Assembly: GCA_051294375.1 (NCBI GenBank)
Contig: CM119271.1
Location: 15,072,770 to 15,136,769 of the forward strand
DNA length: 64,000 nt
DNA from: Paraspadella gotoi
Taxonomy: Eukaryota > Animalia > Chaetognatha
Reading direction: 5' to 3'
Shown here: piece after piece, positions 1-12,543 of the stretch
How positions within the stretch are numbered: the first letter of the stretch is position 1
How the letters are laid out: each line of letters opens with the position of its first letter
Translations under genes and position numbers: made by a program
Notes under the pieces: generated by a model
Told to the model about the DNA's origin: nothing
The model's input: the letters and a program-made list of their open reading frames with translations, nothing else
The model's database searches: none

Positions 1-2416
1 AGTGGGCGCCACAAACGCTGGGCGTTGTCCGCGCTCACGGTGCCGCCTTTAAAAAATGGCGAGACGATCGCAATTCTCACGCCGCGATTCAGAGGAACAA
101 ACTCGTGATTCGATTGAGAAAATTGGTCGATCCTTCTGCGCCGATGGAACCGCAGAAGCGGAAGGTCTTGGCGATAAGAAAAATAATTTCATTTGTAAAG
201 CTATGATACTACTAAATATTATTTGAACACCTAAATTGATGAACGGTAATTAATTAATTAATTAATTAATTAATTAGAGTATAGACCAAGGTTTTTGGAG
301 AAAGCGATGCCTTTTTATTCGCGTATAATTGTNNNNNNNNNNNNNNNNNTCGGATTATCTAGGTCGCGCGTTAAGAAGCGCTTCAGTTTTATTAAACAAG
401 TTACAAAGAGGAGACGTTGACATTTTCAGTAATTCTTCAAGAATTTGAGTCCAACAGAATCATAATAAAAGCATTGCAAAAATATTAAAATAAAACTGCT
501 TAGAATACCGAATCAAAAGTTATGAGCATGATCTAAATAACTATATTATGCAAATGAGATTTAGGAACTTCATCTCATTTGAAATTAATCAAAACTTACT
601 CTGCTTCATTATTATTTAAAGATTAAAAAAATCAATACATTATAAAGATATTTATGACAAAAATCTGTATTTTGTGCAGGAGTTTGAAAAGTCGCTAGTC
701 CGTTGGGCCCCCGACGAGGACGTACCTCTCTGTCCATTTTGCGCGGCGACTCTGGGGCCGCCGACTGGATTGACTGACGCCTTAAAGAATATCGCTAAAT
801 CCGAGGACGTGGGTGATACGCCCGCCGTCAAGTTGAAGGTTGGATTCAAGTTTTTTTTTCTTTTATTATGGGTTTTAGTTCTTTCTTTCTTTTCCCTTCT
901 CCATTTTCCCAGGAACTGAAAGACAAGTTCAAGTTGTCGCAAATCCTTGGCTCGCGGCGCCACCACTGCCGTACTTGCGGCGCCGTCATGTGCCATTCCT
1001 GCTCTTTCTTTCTCTCTCACTCCATGGGATCGCGTTTGGTCGACGTTATCTCGGAAGGGAAACAGAGAAGAGGAGGAGGAGGAGGAGGAGGAGGTGGTCA
1101 GAAGGAGAAGATTGTCGAAAGGTGAATTCGGGGGGGGGGGAAGATGCTTATAGTTATAACATTGTGGGTCTCGTGCTGCGTCAGCATCGCCCATAGTAGG
1201 AATTACCCTCAATCTAAATTAGTAACTGTCGCAATGTCGAATACTAGAATTGGAAGGTTTAGGGACGACATAGCGCTCCCATTGTTGATCGAATTTTCCG
1301 ACAAATGTAAATATTTATTATTTAAACATTACGAATATCCTACATAATAAATTTTAGCCAATTCTCGTCTCAAGGGCATTCGCCGGAGCGGGAGCGACTC
1401 TTCCCTCAGTTCCACCGCCGCCTTCGAGGGCGAACTTTACATCCGCCTTTGTCGCGACTGTCTCTCCACCCTCGAGTCTCGCTTCCGCTATTTGGAGACG
1501 CTCCACGCCCAGCATCCCGTGGCGCCTCTTTACGCGGCGCTGATGCGGAGCCTGGCTGAGATCGAGGAAGATTGCCCCGCCTACGCCGAGATGGCGCAGT
1601 CGCTGCGGCGCGGCGAGCGGACGCACGAGCTGCAGGAGGCGCAGCGCCGCCGACTCAAACTCATGAAACTTTACGAGGCCGTGGACAAGACGTCCAAGAG
1701 GATCGTCGCTTGCGGGACGGCGCCCGAGGAGGAGCAAGCGTCGGCCAAGCAAATCAAGCTGCAACGGGTCGTCAGACAGATGGCCGCCAATTTCTTGCAG
1801 GTTTGTCTTTTCTGAATTAATGAATTATTCAATTTATTTTTTATAACCAGTAGAAAAATTCTCTATCTTGCCCCGGACTTTGGACCGGCAAGGTATTTAC
1901 ATAACAGGACCCTGCAAACTTTCAATCAAGACTCTCACAAGATTATATCTCTCTCTCTCTCTCTGTTATTCATTCAGGATCACGTGTTCGGGCTTCAGTC
2001 TCTCCCTTCCGCCGAAGAATACGAGGTTCTCAGTCTGAAAAGGCAAGAGGAAATGATGCGCGCCATCGAGGAGCAACGGAGGGCCGAGTTGGAGGCCAAC
2101 AAGCGAGTGGCCAAGGTTGAGGTGAGTTTCTGGATAGGAGAAAGTAAGTTTGAGGCGAACAAGCGAGTGGACAAGGTTAAGATCGTGTGTGGCAAAAGTT
2201 GTGTTATAGGCCAACTACCGTTTTTCGTATGTGGAGCTCTATCTCAAAGTAAGTTGGCCTATTATCATTAATTGGGTAAGTAAAGGTACGTTTTGGTTCA
2301 ATTTTTTCTCGGCTCCTATAATCCTATTTCTCGGTAGGTTACCATTTCAGAGTTCCCATCAATTTTTATTAAATTAATAAAATTTATGAATTCCTTGCGT
2401 CTCTTGACATCAGCTG

Positions 2417-2451
<35 letters not shown>

Positions 2452-2893
2452 CCTCACCCGTCGACCAACGGAACTTTCCGTCGGCGGAGGAAACGCTAAG
2501 AAGGACGGATGGCTTCCTTCACAGGTCCTACACTCGCTCGATTACTTTGTCATACGTTGGTTCTAATCATGTTATTAATAATATAGAATATTGTCTAAAT
2601 TATAGGTGAAGGCGTCGGTGGAGGCGGATCCCCTCGTCCAGCAGATAAGCATCATCAAAGGCTACATCTCTCAGGCGAAAGAGGCGGGGAAGAGGGACGA
2701 GGTGAAGATTCTCACGCAGAACTTGAGGGATTTGGAGATCGAGTACGAGGCAGCGAGGGAGGAGAGGAGGGAGAGAGAGAGGAGGGAGAGGGAGAGGAGA
2801 GAGAAAGAACGGGCGGTGAATGGAACTCTTGTGGAGGAGGAAGAAGAAGAGAAATATCCCGATACTTTAAATCCTTTTGCCGAAGATGATTGA
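1..2893 (+). CDS. RBSN: Rabenosyn-5 (FYVE zinc-finger Rab effector), 5'-partial, multi-exon (~<1-164, 680-838, 913-1121, 1358-1800, 1978-2122, 2414-2524, 2607-2893)
   Basis: WAPQTLGVVRAH...NKLVIRLRKL; WAPDEDVPLCPFC; FYVE motif RRHHCRTCGAVMCHSC; IRLCRDC; C-terminal Rab-binding DPLVQQISIIKGYISQAK...DEVKILTQNLRDLE and NPF motif; GT-AG junctions. One apparent +1 frameshift near 1060. Confidence 0.9.
333..349. other. Assembly gap (N run)
   Basis: Run of n characters. Confidence 0.99.
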
Positions 2894-3234
2894 AAATATA
2901 ATTCCATTTTTTTTCCTTTTTTGTTGTTTTTTGTTGTCGTCGTCTTTTAAAATTCGGGCCTTATTTCGCGCCTCCCCCCCAGTGTTTTTTGAGACAATGC
3001 CGGCTTTTTTTTTTTTTTTAACTATACTTACTACAGTCTAGTCAATATATATGAAACAAAAAAAACTTTTACTTTGCCTATTTTTTTTTCATTTATACTA
3101 TTGTAGCCTACATTTGCCAAAATCCATTACGATTCGCATTAAAAAAAAAATCGCACTCATTTTAAAACGATTTTGTTATTATTATTATCGAAAACGTTTT
3201 TTGATTGATCAAACAACGATTTTTATTAATATGA

Positions 3235-3280
3235 GACGGACATGTTTCGGCTTTAGTTTCTACAAGCCTTCATCGGCGTC
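3235..3280 (-). ncRNA. Minimal type I hammerhead ribozyme (U4C core variant)
   Basis: Reverse strand reads GACG-CCGATGA-A-GGCTT..AAGCC-GAAA-CATG-TC^CGTC: helix I GACG/CGTC, helix II GGCTT/AAGCC, palindromic helix III. Confidence 0.75.
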
Positions 3281-4337
3281 AGAGATAATTATGAACTTTC
3301 AAAAAATATTTGTGCAAAGGAAATGAGAGAGAGAGAGAGAGAGAGAGAGGCAAAGTTTCCAACACAGAGTTGAGAGAAGAATAGTGGTCAGATGTGAGGA
3401 CAGGTTAAGGTAAGGACAGAATGAGCCAGATTGTGAAAAGAAACTAAATGGTGAAAATTTTTGAGAGAGAGAGAGAGAGAGAGAGAGAACATTTGAAAAT
3501 AATACATTTTTGCAATGTACAACAAAGATAAATTTTAGACTAAAGGTGAGATAAATATTTTAACAATTAACTACTAATAAATAACAGAATGTGAAAATTG
3601 AAAATGAAAAAGTGAAATTTGAGAGATTTGTGAAATAAGTATTAATATGAAATAAAGTGAAAGTTCAAGGATTAAGAAAGAGCTCAAAGTGAGCTGGCCC
3701 CCTTTGGTTGAAGCAAAAGGCGGCTGCAGGAGGAAGGGGAGGAGTCCACAACTCATGTCGCCAAAGCGGCAAGAACGGACAACCACCCATCTCGCCAGCA
3801 GGCGAGAAGAGGGCAGTCGACAGGCGTACCAGGCCAGAGAGATATTAGAGTAGCCCTTGGACTCTTCCCACAAGGAAGCCTTCCCAGTCCAACACACATA
3901 GGCTCAACCAACATGACCTCTCAGCCATTGACACGTCAATGACTCGACCACATCGTCAAGACCCTTCATTTGCTTCAACCAAAGGGGGCCAGCTCACTTT
4001 GAGCTCTTTCTTAATCCTTGAACTTTCACTTTATTTCATATTAATACTTATTTCACAAATCTCTCAAATTTCACTTTTTCATTTTCAATTTTCACATTCT
4101 GTTATTTATTAGTAGTTAATTGTTAAAATATTTATCTCACCTTTAGTCTAAAATTTATCTTTGTTGTACATTGCAAAAATGTATTATTTTCAAATGTTCT
4201 CTCTCTCTCTCTCTCTCTCTCTCAAAAATTTTCACCATTTAGTTTCTTTTCACAATCTGGTTCATTCTGTCCTTACCTTAACCTGTCCTCACATCTGACC
4301 ACTATTCTTCTCTCAACTCTGTGTTGGAAACTTTGCC

Positions 4338-4368
<31 letters not shown>

Positions 4369-4408
4369 CCTTTGCACAAATCTTTTTTGAAAGTTCATAA
4401 TTATCTCT

Positions 4409-4454
4409 GACGCCGATGAAGGCTTGTAGAAACTAAAGCCGAAACATGTCCGTC
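4409..4454 (+). ncRNA. Minimal type I hammerhead ribozyme (U4C core variant)
   Basis: GACG CCGATGA A GGCTT gtagaaacta AAGCC GAAA CATG TC^CGTC; inverted copy of 3235-3280. Confidence 0.75.
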
Positions 4455-4639
4455 TCATATTAATAAAAATCGTTGTTTGATCAATCAAAAAAACGTTTTC
4501 TATCATCCAAACACAACGAAACGAAAGGAAATAGCGATGTTATTATTATTTAAATGTTCGAAACCGTTGACAGTTAATGCAATGTAATCAGTTCGATTTA
4601 GCAATTTATAAAAATAATGTTAATAATAAAATTATTATT

Positions 4640-5543
4640 GGCCTTCCTGGAGATCAATACGCTGCGGAGGCCTATGGGAAAACGAAGAGCAAGGTTTTTT
4701 TTAAAGTATTAATGTTTCGGAAAAAAAAAGGAATTCAGATATCATAAATTTTTAAAAATTTTTTATTTTTGTTATATGAAATTAGTACAACCAATATATA
4801 TTTGGGTTAAAATTAAGGTTATAATAAATTATAGTTAAGAATAAATTAAGAATAAGTGTAAGTTAATGAAAAAAATAAGTTAAGGTTAAAAATAAATTAG
4901 TGGTAAGTTAAGGTAAAGGGTAAGTTAAGGGTATATTAAGGGTAGGGGTAAGTTTGGGTTAGGGGTAAGTTTGGGTTAAGGGTAAGTTAAAGTAAACTAG
5001 AGTTAAATTTAAAATTAATTTTTGGCTTAAGTATACAATAATTTAACATTTCAAAAAATAATTTTTAATATTAATAAATTTATAAAAAAATATAATAATA
5101 TTTATAATGTAATAGTTTTTATTTATGATCATAATGATCATTTAATAATTCGGAAAGAGATAGAAAGATATCAAGTTTAAAATTGCCCCTCTCTTTATCT
5201 CTCAAAGTTAATATCCAAATATTTTTTAAAACTATCATAACTGGTTAATGAAGGTTTAAAAAACAAGAACCAAAACATATCCGAATTATTAAATGATCGT
5301 GGTAATCACAAAGAACAACTCTGTTGCTTAATATATATATCAAAAACAATAAAAGAATATTATAAATATTAATATTTTTAAAAAATTTTTAAAGAATTAA
5401 AAAGAAATCCTTAACCCATAAAGCTTATCAATATTGTTACGGTCTTAAATTTTTTTTCCGTAAAAAAACGAACTTTATTTTTTATTCTTCTTTCTCTTCA
5501 TTTTCCCAAAAGCTTCCAGAGCGTATTCAATTCCGGGATCGCC
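4640..5543. mobile_element. Old MITE with ~50-bp imperfect TIRs starting GG and 8-bp TSD (Merlin/MULE-like)
   Basis: 4640-4689 is a diverged reverse complement of 5494-5543. TTATTATT flanks both ends. AT-rich interior with (GG)GGTAAGTT-type repeats at ~4900-4990. Confidence 0.6.
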
Positions 5544-6454
5544 TTATTATTTTTCTGTCAGCAATATATATCTCTGCGTTTGTCTTTTGTCTCTTATCGA
5601 AAAGCGTCGCCCTTTAAAAAATTCCTTTTAATTTCTTCCCCCGAGACAAAGAAAGAAGAGACTTTTTCTCCGCCAGTCGAATTTTCGGCGCTGAAATCAA
5701 AAAGAAAATTTAATCTTTGTTTTAAACAAATGAACATCGTCGACGCCGGCCCAATGAGACTCTTCATTTCTACGATCCGTCGACCGTGATTTCAGGCGTA
5801 ACGTTTTTTCCATTAATTCGCTGATACGACTCTCGTCCCCAAATAATCTCTCCTCGCCCCGAGGGCAAGAGAGAGAACCTCGACGGTTTCCCTCTCTTTC
5901 TCCTAAGAGGAAGAGGAGGAAAAGAGCGAGAGATTTAGATAGAGATAGAGACAGAAAGAGAGAGAGCGAGCGGGCTTGTGGCTTCTCCCTTTCTCGTCTG
6001 CTCGACGCTTCCCTCCCGATCAACACGGAGGCGTCGCTCCCGTCGCCGCGTGACGCAATAATTCCACCGGACCCAGAATTTATGGACCCTAATCCAAAAT
6101 TGACATACTTTACGTGTTGTCGCGGATTTAAACTGTTGTCGACGTCGTCGTCAAGTGTCACACCGCGTTTCGGTCCGCGTGGCTTCTCTTGTTCCGTGTT
6201 CCAAAGCCGCGTCACCTTCGTCGTTTGAAATCATTTAACCGGCGCGGAAATTAAAGTGTCAGTTTGTTATGAACGTTTATATTTCGAAATTTGTGTCATA
6301 TAAATTATGATCGTCTATCAGCGTCAAATAGCGTTAACAATTATCTGTACTTTATTTTCTTTTATTGTGTAATCCTTTCGTTTCGTTGCCTTAGGAATTT
6401 GCAGGAATAAGTTTGATTGGTTTGTGACAACGATTTGTTTTATTTCAGTTTAGA

Positions 6455-6497
6455 AACGGACATGTTTCGGCTTTGATTACAAGCCTTCATCAGCGTT
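6455..6497 (-). ncRNA. Minimal type I hammerhead ribozyme (canonical core), Penelope-type
   Basis: Reverse strand reads AACG-CTGATGA-A-GGCTT gtaatca AAGCC-GAAA-CATG-TC^CGTT. Helix I covaries (AACG/CGTT) with the 3235 and 4409 copies (GACG/CGTC). Confidence 0.8.
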
Positions 6498-7261
6498 GAC
6501 AGATTTGTTGACTCTTTTTAAAACGGGATTTAAATAAAAAAAACTCGGCCAACATCTACTATCTAGGAAAAAAGTATATCACGTTTTTAGTCGAGGATAT
6601 TTACTCAAAAACTAGTTTGATTTTAAAAAAAATTATAATATTTTTAAATTTATATTAAATTTTTTTTAGTAGCTTCTTTTCACTTTTTTGTAGGTCAAAT
6701 CGTTTAAAAGTTACAGGCAAAAAAGATCATTATTTTAAATAGAAAATAATAAAAAATTAATATTAATTTTTTTCCTATTTTTAGTATTTAATTATATTTT
6801 TATTTTAAATAGTTTTTTAATTTTTTTAAATTTAATAATGTTAAAGGGGGTTATTTTTATTTTTGACGACTGAAATTAAGGTTTAAAATAATTTAGGGTA
6901 GTTTAAGGTTAGGGGTAGTTAGGGTTTAAAGTTGGAATAATTAAATAATATTTTAAAAAAAAATTTTTTAAAATAAATATTTTTAAATAATTTTTTAAAA
7001 TTAGTTATAAGTGGTCGTCAAAAGTAAAATTTAGTTATTAAGAGCATTATTCTTTTTTTGCTTAAAAAAGTATCATTATTATAGTTCTAAAAAAAGAAGG
7101 AAAGACGTATAACATCAATATCGAGGTTTAAAAAAAATTGCTTTAAAGATATAAAAAAATATTTAATACTTCAATTTGCTGTACGAGAGCATACCCAGAC
7201 GAATGTATGTATACTAAAGAGGGAGGGAGGGTATACTAAATATTAATATTTTACCCATATT

Positions 7262-7547
7262 TGTGGATAAGGCGTTACGTGGGCTGAAGATGACTGTCCG
7301 TAACTTTTATAATCCCCTCTAGTAGCCATGGAACGGGTCCCTGGGCTTGGAACCAGGCTTGAGGGTTTGCCATGCCCTCAAGGCGGCTTACGGCCGTCCT
7401 CACGCTTCCCGCAGGGTAGGTACCGGGTTGGGTTTGAACCCGGTACCTAGTGGTCATGAGCTGATGGTTTTACTCAATGAGCCACCGGGTCACAACTGAA
7501 AGTGTCATGATTCTAGGCGGGGTGAACCTAGGCAATGCCCGACTACA
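7262..7547 (-). mobile_element. Twister-ribozyme LTR-like element, family D
   Basis: Ends TGTAG...CCACA (minus strand), TSD TATT/TATT. A-box-like TGGCTCATTGAG, B box GGGTTCAAACC, twister fold at 7333-7412. Confidence 0.8.
7333..7412 (-). ncRNA. Type-P5 twister ribozyme (family D; P2 imperfect)
   Basis: GCGGG-AA-GCGT-GA-GGA-CGGCCG-T^AA-GCC-GC-CTTGAGGG..CCCTCAAG-CCTGG-TTCCAAGC-CCAGG-GA-CCCGT. T1 is GGA/TCC. Confidence 0.7.
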
Positions 7548-7665
7548 TATTTTATATATTTTTTTATTAAATAAATGAACTTTTCAAAAATTATGTGACA
7601 TACTTTTTTCCGAGATAGTAAATCTGAAATTTTAATATCAAAATAACGAGGATTAAGTTGAGACA

Positions 7666-10600
7666 ATGTCGTCGTCGTCGTCTTATTCTTCTTTTCCACT
7701 CGACCTCTCCTCCTCTTCCTCCTCCTCTTCTTCCCGTCACTTTCTCTCTCTCCCCCACGCCTCCTCCCTCTCTTCCCGTCACGTCCTCTCTCTCCCCGAC
7801 GACGTCCTCTTCCTCATCTTTTCCCTCCTGGACTCCGTCTCCCTCTCGCGCGCCGCCCGCGTGTGTCGCCGCTGGCGCCGCTTCGTCGCCGGCAAGACTC
7901 TCTGGCGCCGGGTACGGCTTCCGAGTTTGACCAAGCAGCACCTCAGGTATTTTTTTTTTTTTTTGTTACGAGACGATTATAGCGACTCGTAACGTCATTA
8001 ACTTGACATTAATTCGGAAGAGATAACGTGGAATCATCAAATCTCCATTCGTTTGTCGCAGGTCATTCATTTGCCGAAGGTTGGACGAGGATTGCCTTTT
8101 CCTCGGTGTCCAAGGATCCTGCGTTTTGCCTGTTGGTAAGAGATAATTGCTGTCTTGCTTTCTTATTTGACACATAATAATTTCGTTTCAAGAATTGTTT
8201 AATTAATTTATATATTGCGGTTAATTTAACATTATATTCCACATTTATTCGTAACGCTTACGATTTCGTATTGGTTGTACCAATTTAATATTAAAGAAAC
8301 ATTTTTTCGTGGTCAGTCTATTCAAGCTTCCTTAAAAATGTTTTTCTCCCTGGATCTTAGTTGGCGACTTACATGGCTCAGCCAGGGCGCGTAAAACCCT
8401 CCTTAGTCCCGCGGTGCTGCAGTTGCTGCTGTCCAAAGCTTCGTCTCTGCAGCATTTCGAAATTCAGCGGGACAATTTTGCTTGCGCCGAAGTGTCTCTC
8501 AACTCTTTGCTACAATTTAAAGTGAGCAAGGATAAGATTAGTGGTTGCTTTTTCTTCCGCGTCGATCCGAGAAATATAAGATTATTTCGAAGGACTAATT
8601 AAAAGAGAGAGTGAATTAATTTGCGATTAAACTCGAGTGTTTTCCACTTTCTTCTTCTGTTTCCTCTCCCCCCCCCTCCTCAGCTCTCCTCCCTCTCTCT
8701 CATCTCCTGTCTCGTGGACGCAGAGTTTTTCTTTTCTCCCCCTCCCTCTCCCTCCCTCCCCTTCCCGCCCTCTCCCTTCTTTCCTCCCTCGATATGACGG
8801 GCTGCAATCGGATCGACGATTTCTTCATTTGTCAGGATATCAATCGTCATCTCTCGCGGTTCGTCGACGTCGAGTCCAAGTGAGTCGGAAATGGGGGGCG
8901 GGGGGGGGAAGACTTATATATTTTCAATTATGTCTACGTAATTATGATTTGTTTTCATAGTATGTATTAAGTTTTTTTTTAATTCCTCGGCCATCTTTTT
9001 TTTTTATATTCGATTTAAATGTTACTTGTTTTTTTTTTCGCATTATAAAAATGCTATATCATTGATTCATAAAAGACATAAGAGTCATTCTTCTATTGTC
9101 CCCCATTAACAGATGCCAACGGTTGGCCGAGCGTTTGGACGAGCCCGTCCCTGCCGACCCGATCACCCTGGCCCCCGTCGAGGATCTTCCCCCCGCCTCG
9201 GCCGTCTTCCTGCTCCAGTTCCCCGCCCTGCGGACGCTCAAGCTGAACAATCTCTTCCGGTTGCGAGGGCGAGCAATAAAGATGCTCACCGCTTGGTACA
9301 ACGACGCGGGGAAGCGGGTATCTCTGCGAGAGAGGTTGCTGCATCTCGAGCTCAGTCGCAGTAATCTGGGTAAGATTTGATTATTCAAAGATGGGTTCAT
9401 CAGGGTAGTGAATTCCTAAAGGAGTTTGTTTACTACGATTTAATGCTTTAAAAGTATAATATGAGATGTAATTTGCCAAACACTATACCTTTTTATTATG
9501 CTTAATTTATCCTTCCTAAAACTGAAAAATAGATATTTTATTTATAATTTTTTTAGCATGTAAAGAACAAAAACATATTTTTTGTATGTGGAAAATTTTT
9601 TTTTCTATATTATTTTTTATACTAAATGACTCCGAAGCCATAATTTTACCTTCCGAATTTTTATGATATAAAGTGTTGAATTTTAAATCGTATATACTTT
9701 TTTGTGGAATGTTAATAACGGTAATGTTTTTATTTACGAATTCTTTGAACCACTGCAATATACAAATGAGAACCAGGATCCCGTTGGAGCCAAAATAGAA
9801 TTCAAGATGTTATTAAATAAAGTTTAAAAATGATAAAGCTCCCCTTTCTCTCCATGAGGCGACGACGCTGTGGCCCACCTGCCTTTCTTCTCCCGCTTGA
9901 CCACCCTGCACCTCGACGGTCCTCAGCACATGACCCCCCACGCCCTGGAGATCCTCTCTTCCATGAAAAACCTCGAGGTCCTCAGCGTCGATCGTCTCGT
10001 CAACTCCAACAAGATTTCTGACAGCCTCGGGATCTCAATCGCTGACCAAGCCATGGACAGGTGCTTCGTTGGTTGTGCTTGACAATTAACATCCGGGTAT
10101 TTGATTGACATCCGGGTATTTGAGATCTTGGTTGAAATAATAACCTTTAGGAATATAGTATTTTATTAAGGAGAATGATTAGCGAGGAGATTATCACTCC
10201 AATTAATACTACTTAAAACTGCAATGGGATTGTTGTCTTGATTGAAAATTTTAACCATTTACATCAGTTATCACTTACAAGATCTAGTTTATTGTATATA
10301 AATTAGATTCAATATGAACATTTATTAAATTTTGAGTTCTTTTTTATCCTTTATTACACTTTTTCTTTGACTATCCCATACTAATTCGATTTCATTGCAT
10401 CCTAATATAATAAGATAATCACCTCCTCATCTTTAGATTGCTCTTCCGCATCCTCCGTGATTTCCCGCGCCTCCGTCACTTTTCCTTCGGAGGCATCTTC
10501 GCCCGCCATCCTCCTTTCTCCTCCATGACCCTCACCTGGCCCTTCGTGGTGGAGCATCTTCCCACGCTGAAGACGGTCTCCTTCTGCGACCGGAAGCACC

Positions 10601-10695
10601 TCTTCGACGTACGGGGGACGGAGCCCTTCGCTGTTGATCGGATGGTGTGCCGCCGGTGCCAGGCGCTCCAGAAAGAAAACGTTAATTGGCGATAA
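7666..10695 (+). CDS. F-box/leucine-rich-repeat protein, multi-exon
   Basis: F-box LPDDVLFLIFSLLDSVSLSRAARVCRRWRR. LRR-like exons FPALRTLKLNNL, LTTLHLDGPQHMT, FPRLRHFSFGG, LPTLKTVSFCD. Internal exon edges are approximate. Confidence 0.75.
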
Positions 10696-10710
10696 TTTTG
10701 ATGTGCTACT

Positions 10711-11885
10711 TTTTATCGTCGCAATCGCTTTGCTTTTGCGACGATCTTGTAACGCTTTTGCGCATACGTGGCGTAGTCGTCGTCGTCGGCGTTCCAACTT
10801 TTTGATAATTAAGTTTGGGTGTATGAAGCTGAAAATTTATATACAGCTTCTCATCATCGAGGTCCTTGAAATTAGGTGAGGACGTTTATTAAATACATTT
10901 TGTTTACATTTTATCAAAACAAACAAATTTCCTCTTTTATTTTTATGTTTCCTTCTCTCTCTCTCTTTTTTTTTCTTTTAATTTTATGTAGCTCTCTCTC
11001 TCTCTCTTTTTCCCAGGCTGATTCATCGGAAAAAAAAAGTCTGCAGCTGGCTCTGCAGGGGCTTTTTTTCTCTCTCTTTTATCCTGCTGCTGCCTTTTGA
11101 TTTCTTTCTTTTTTTCTGGCTGCCTTTGCTGCTGCCGCTGCTGATTCGTCCGAAAACGATTTGGCTTTTCTCTTTCTCTTTCTTTCTCTCGCTCTCTCTT
11201 TCTCTCTCGATTTCTCCATTTTTTTTTCTCAAGGGCTGCGTCTGCTGATCAGTTTATTTGTCAATGAAGAAGTTTTTTTTTCTTGTTTTTTTTTCAGAAA
11301 CAGTAACTTAAATTTTCCTCGGTACCTCATAATTTTTATCGTCGCAATCGCTTTGCGACGATATTGTAACGCTTTTGCGCATAAGTCGTCGTCGGCGTTC
11401 CAAATTATAGATCGCCTTTTTTATGATTAAATTTGGGTGTATGAAGCTGAAAATTTATATACAGCTTCTCATCATCGATGTGCTTAAAATTGAGTCTGGA
11501 CAGTTATTAATTTTGTTTTGTTTACGTTTTATCAAAACAAACAAATTTTCTCTCTTTTATTTTTATATTTCTTTCTCTCTCTCTCTTTTCTCTTCTAATT
11601 ACATGTCTCTCTCCCTCTCTCTTTTTCCAAGTCACTGATTCATAGAGAAAGGAAAAAAAACGAGTCTGCAGCTGGCTCTGCAGTGGCTTATTCTTTTTCT
11701 CTCTTTTCTTCTGCTGCTTCTGCCTTTTGATTTCTTTTTCTGCAGCTGGCTCTGCAGGGGCTCTTTCTTTTTCTCTCTTGCTGCTTCTGCTGCTGCCTTT
11801 TGATTTCTTTTTTTTTTCTGGGTTCCTCTGCTGCTGCCGCTGCTGATTCGTCTGAAAACAATTTGGCTTCTCTCTCTCTCTCTCT
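10711..11885. repeat. Local diverged tandem duplication of ~600-bp non-coding unit with CT/CTG low-complexity tracts
   Basis: TTTTATCGTCGCAATCGCTTTG...GTATGAAGCTGAAAATTTATATACAGCTTCTCATCATCGA occurs at ~10711 and ~11334. CTGCAGCTGGCTCTGCAG occurs three times. Confidence 0.8.
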
Positions 11886-12543
11886 GATTAATTTTTTCGC
11901 TCTAAAAACTTTTATTATCGCCATTTATTCCCAAATTTACATCCGAGATTTTCGTAGATTTTTTTTCTAAATATTTTAAATATCAATCAGAATAATATTT
12001 TTTTTTAATATATATTTACTTTATAATTTTATTTTACTTTACTTCATTTTACTTTACTTTAGTCTTTACTTCACTTCGTCAGTCTGATTCAAGTTTCACT
12101 TTGTCTTTTGTCTGGGAATGTTGACAGTGTTTACTGTTTAGAGAGGTTTCATTCGATCAAACTGCTCGTTTATGCGGGCTAAAAGTACAACAAAAGTACC
12201 TTTAATAATGTCTTTCCAGACTTAGCACTTGCTTAAAATTAAACTCGAAAATAAGTTATTTTACTGTTTTATATTTATTATTCTTTATTTTATTTATTTT
12301 TTTTTATTTTTTTAAAAAAAAATTATTTTCTTTATTTTTCTCAAATTTGATTTTTTTACTATCAAAATTTGTCGTCAATCCAGATTTTTCTTATGCGATT
12401 GCGACGATCCTTATGCTTTTAAGATTTTTTAAATTGATTTATATAAAACATAGTTTTCCTTTATCAAATTTGATTTTTTGAGTGTCAAAGCTTGTCATGG
12501 GTCCATTTTTTTTTATACAATTACGTTATAAAATCTCGTTTAA

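Larger units (their letters stand above)
3190..4500. mobile_element. Penelope-like retroelement remnant with inverted pseudo-LTR (arms 3190-3717 and 3969-4500)
   Basis: About 530-bp near-perfect inverted repeat around a 250-bp spacer. Each arm carries a minimal hammerhead. The spacer/arm junction reads HIVKTLHLLQPKG, weakly like the PLE GIY-YIG C-terminal I..L.T..P.GLN motif. Confidence 0.65.

Noticed and set aside
5697-6215. 172-aa minus-strand ORF
   Set aside because: Non-ATG start, runs through GA microsatellite sequence, and has no recognisable domain.
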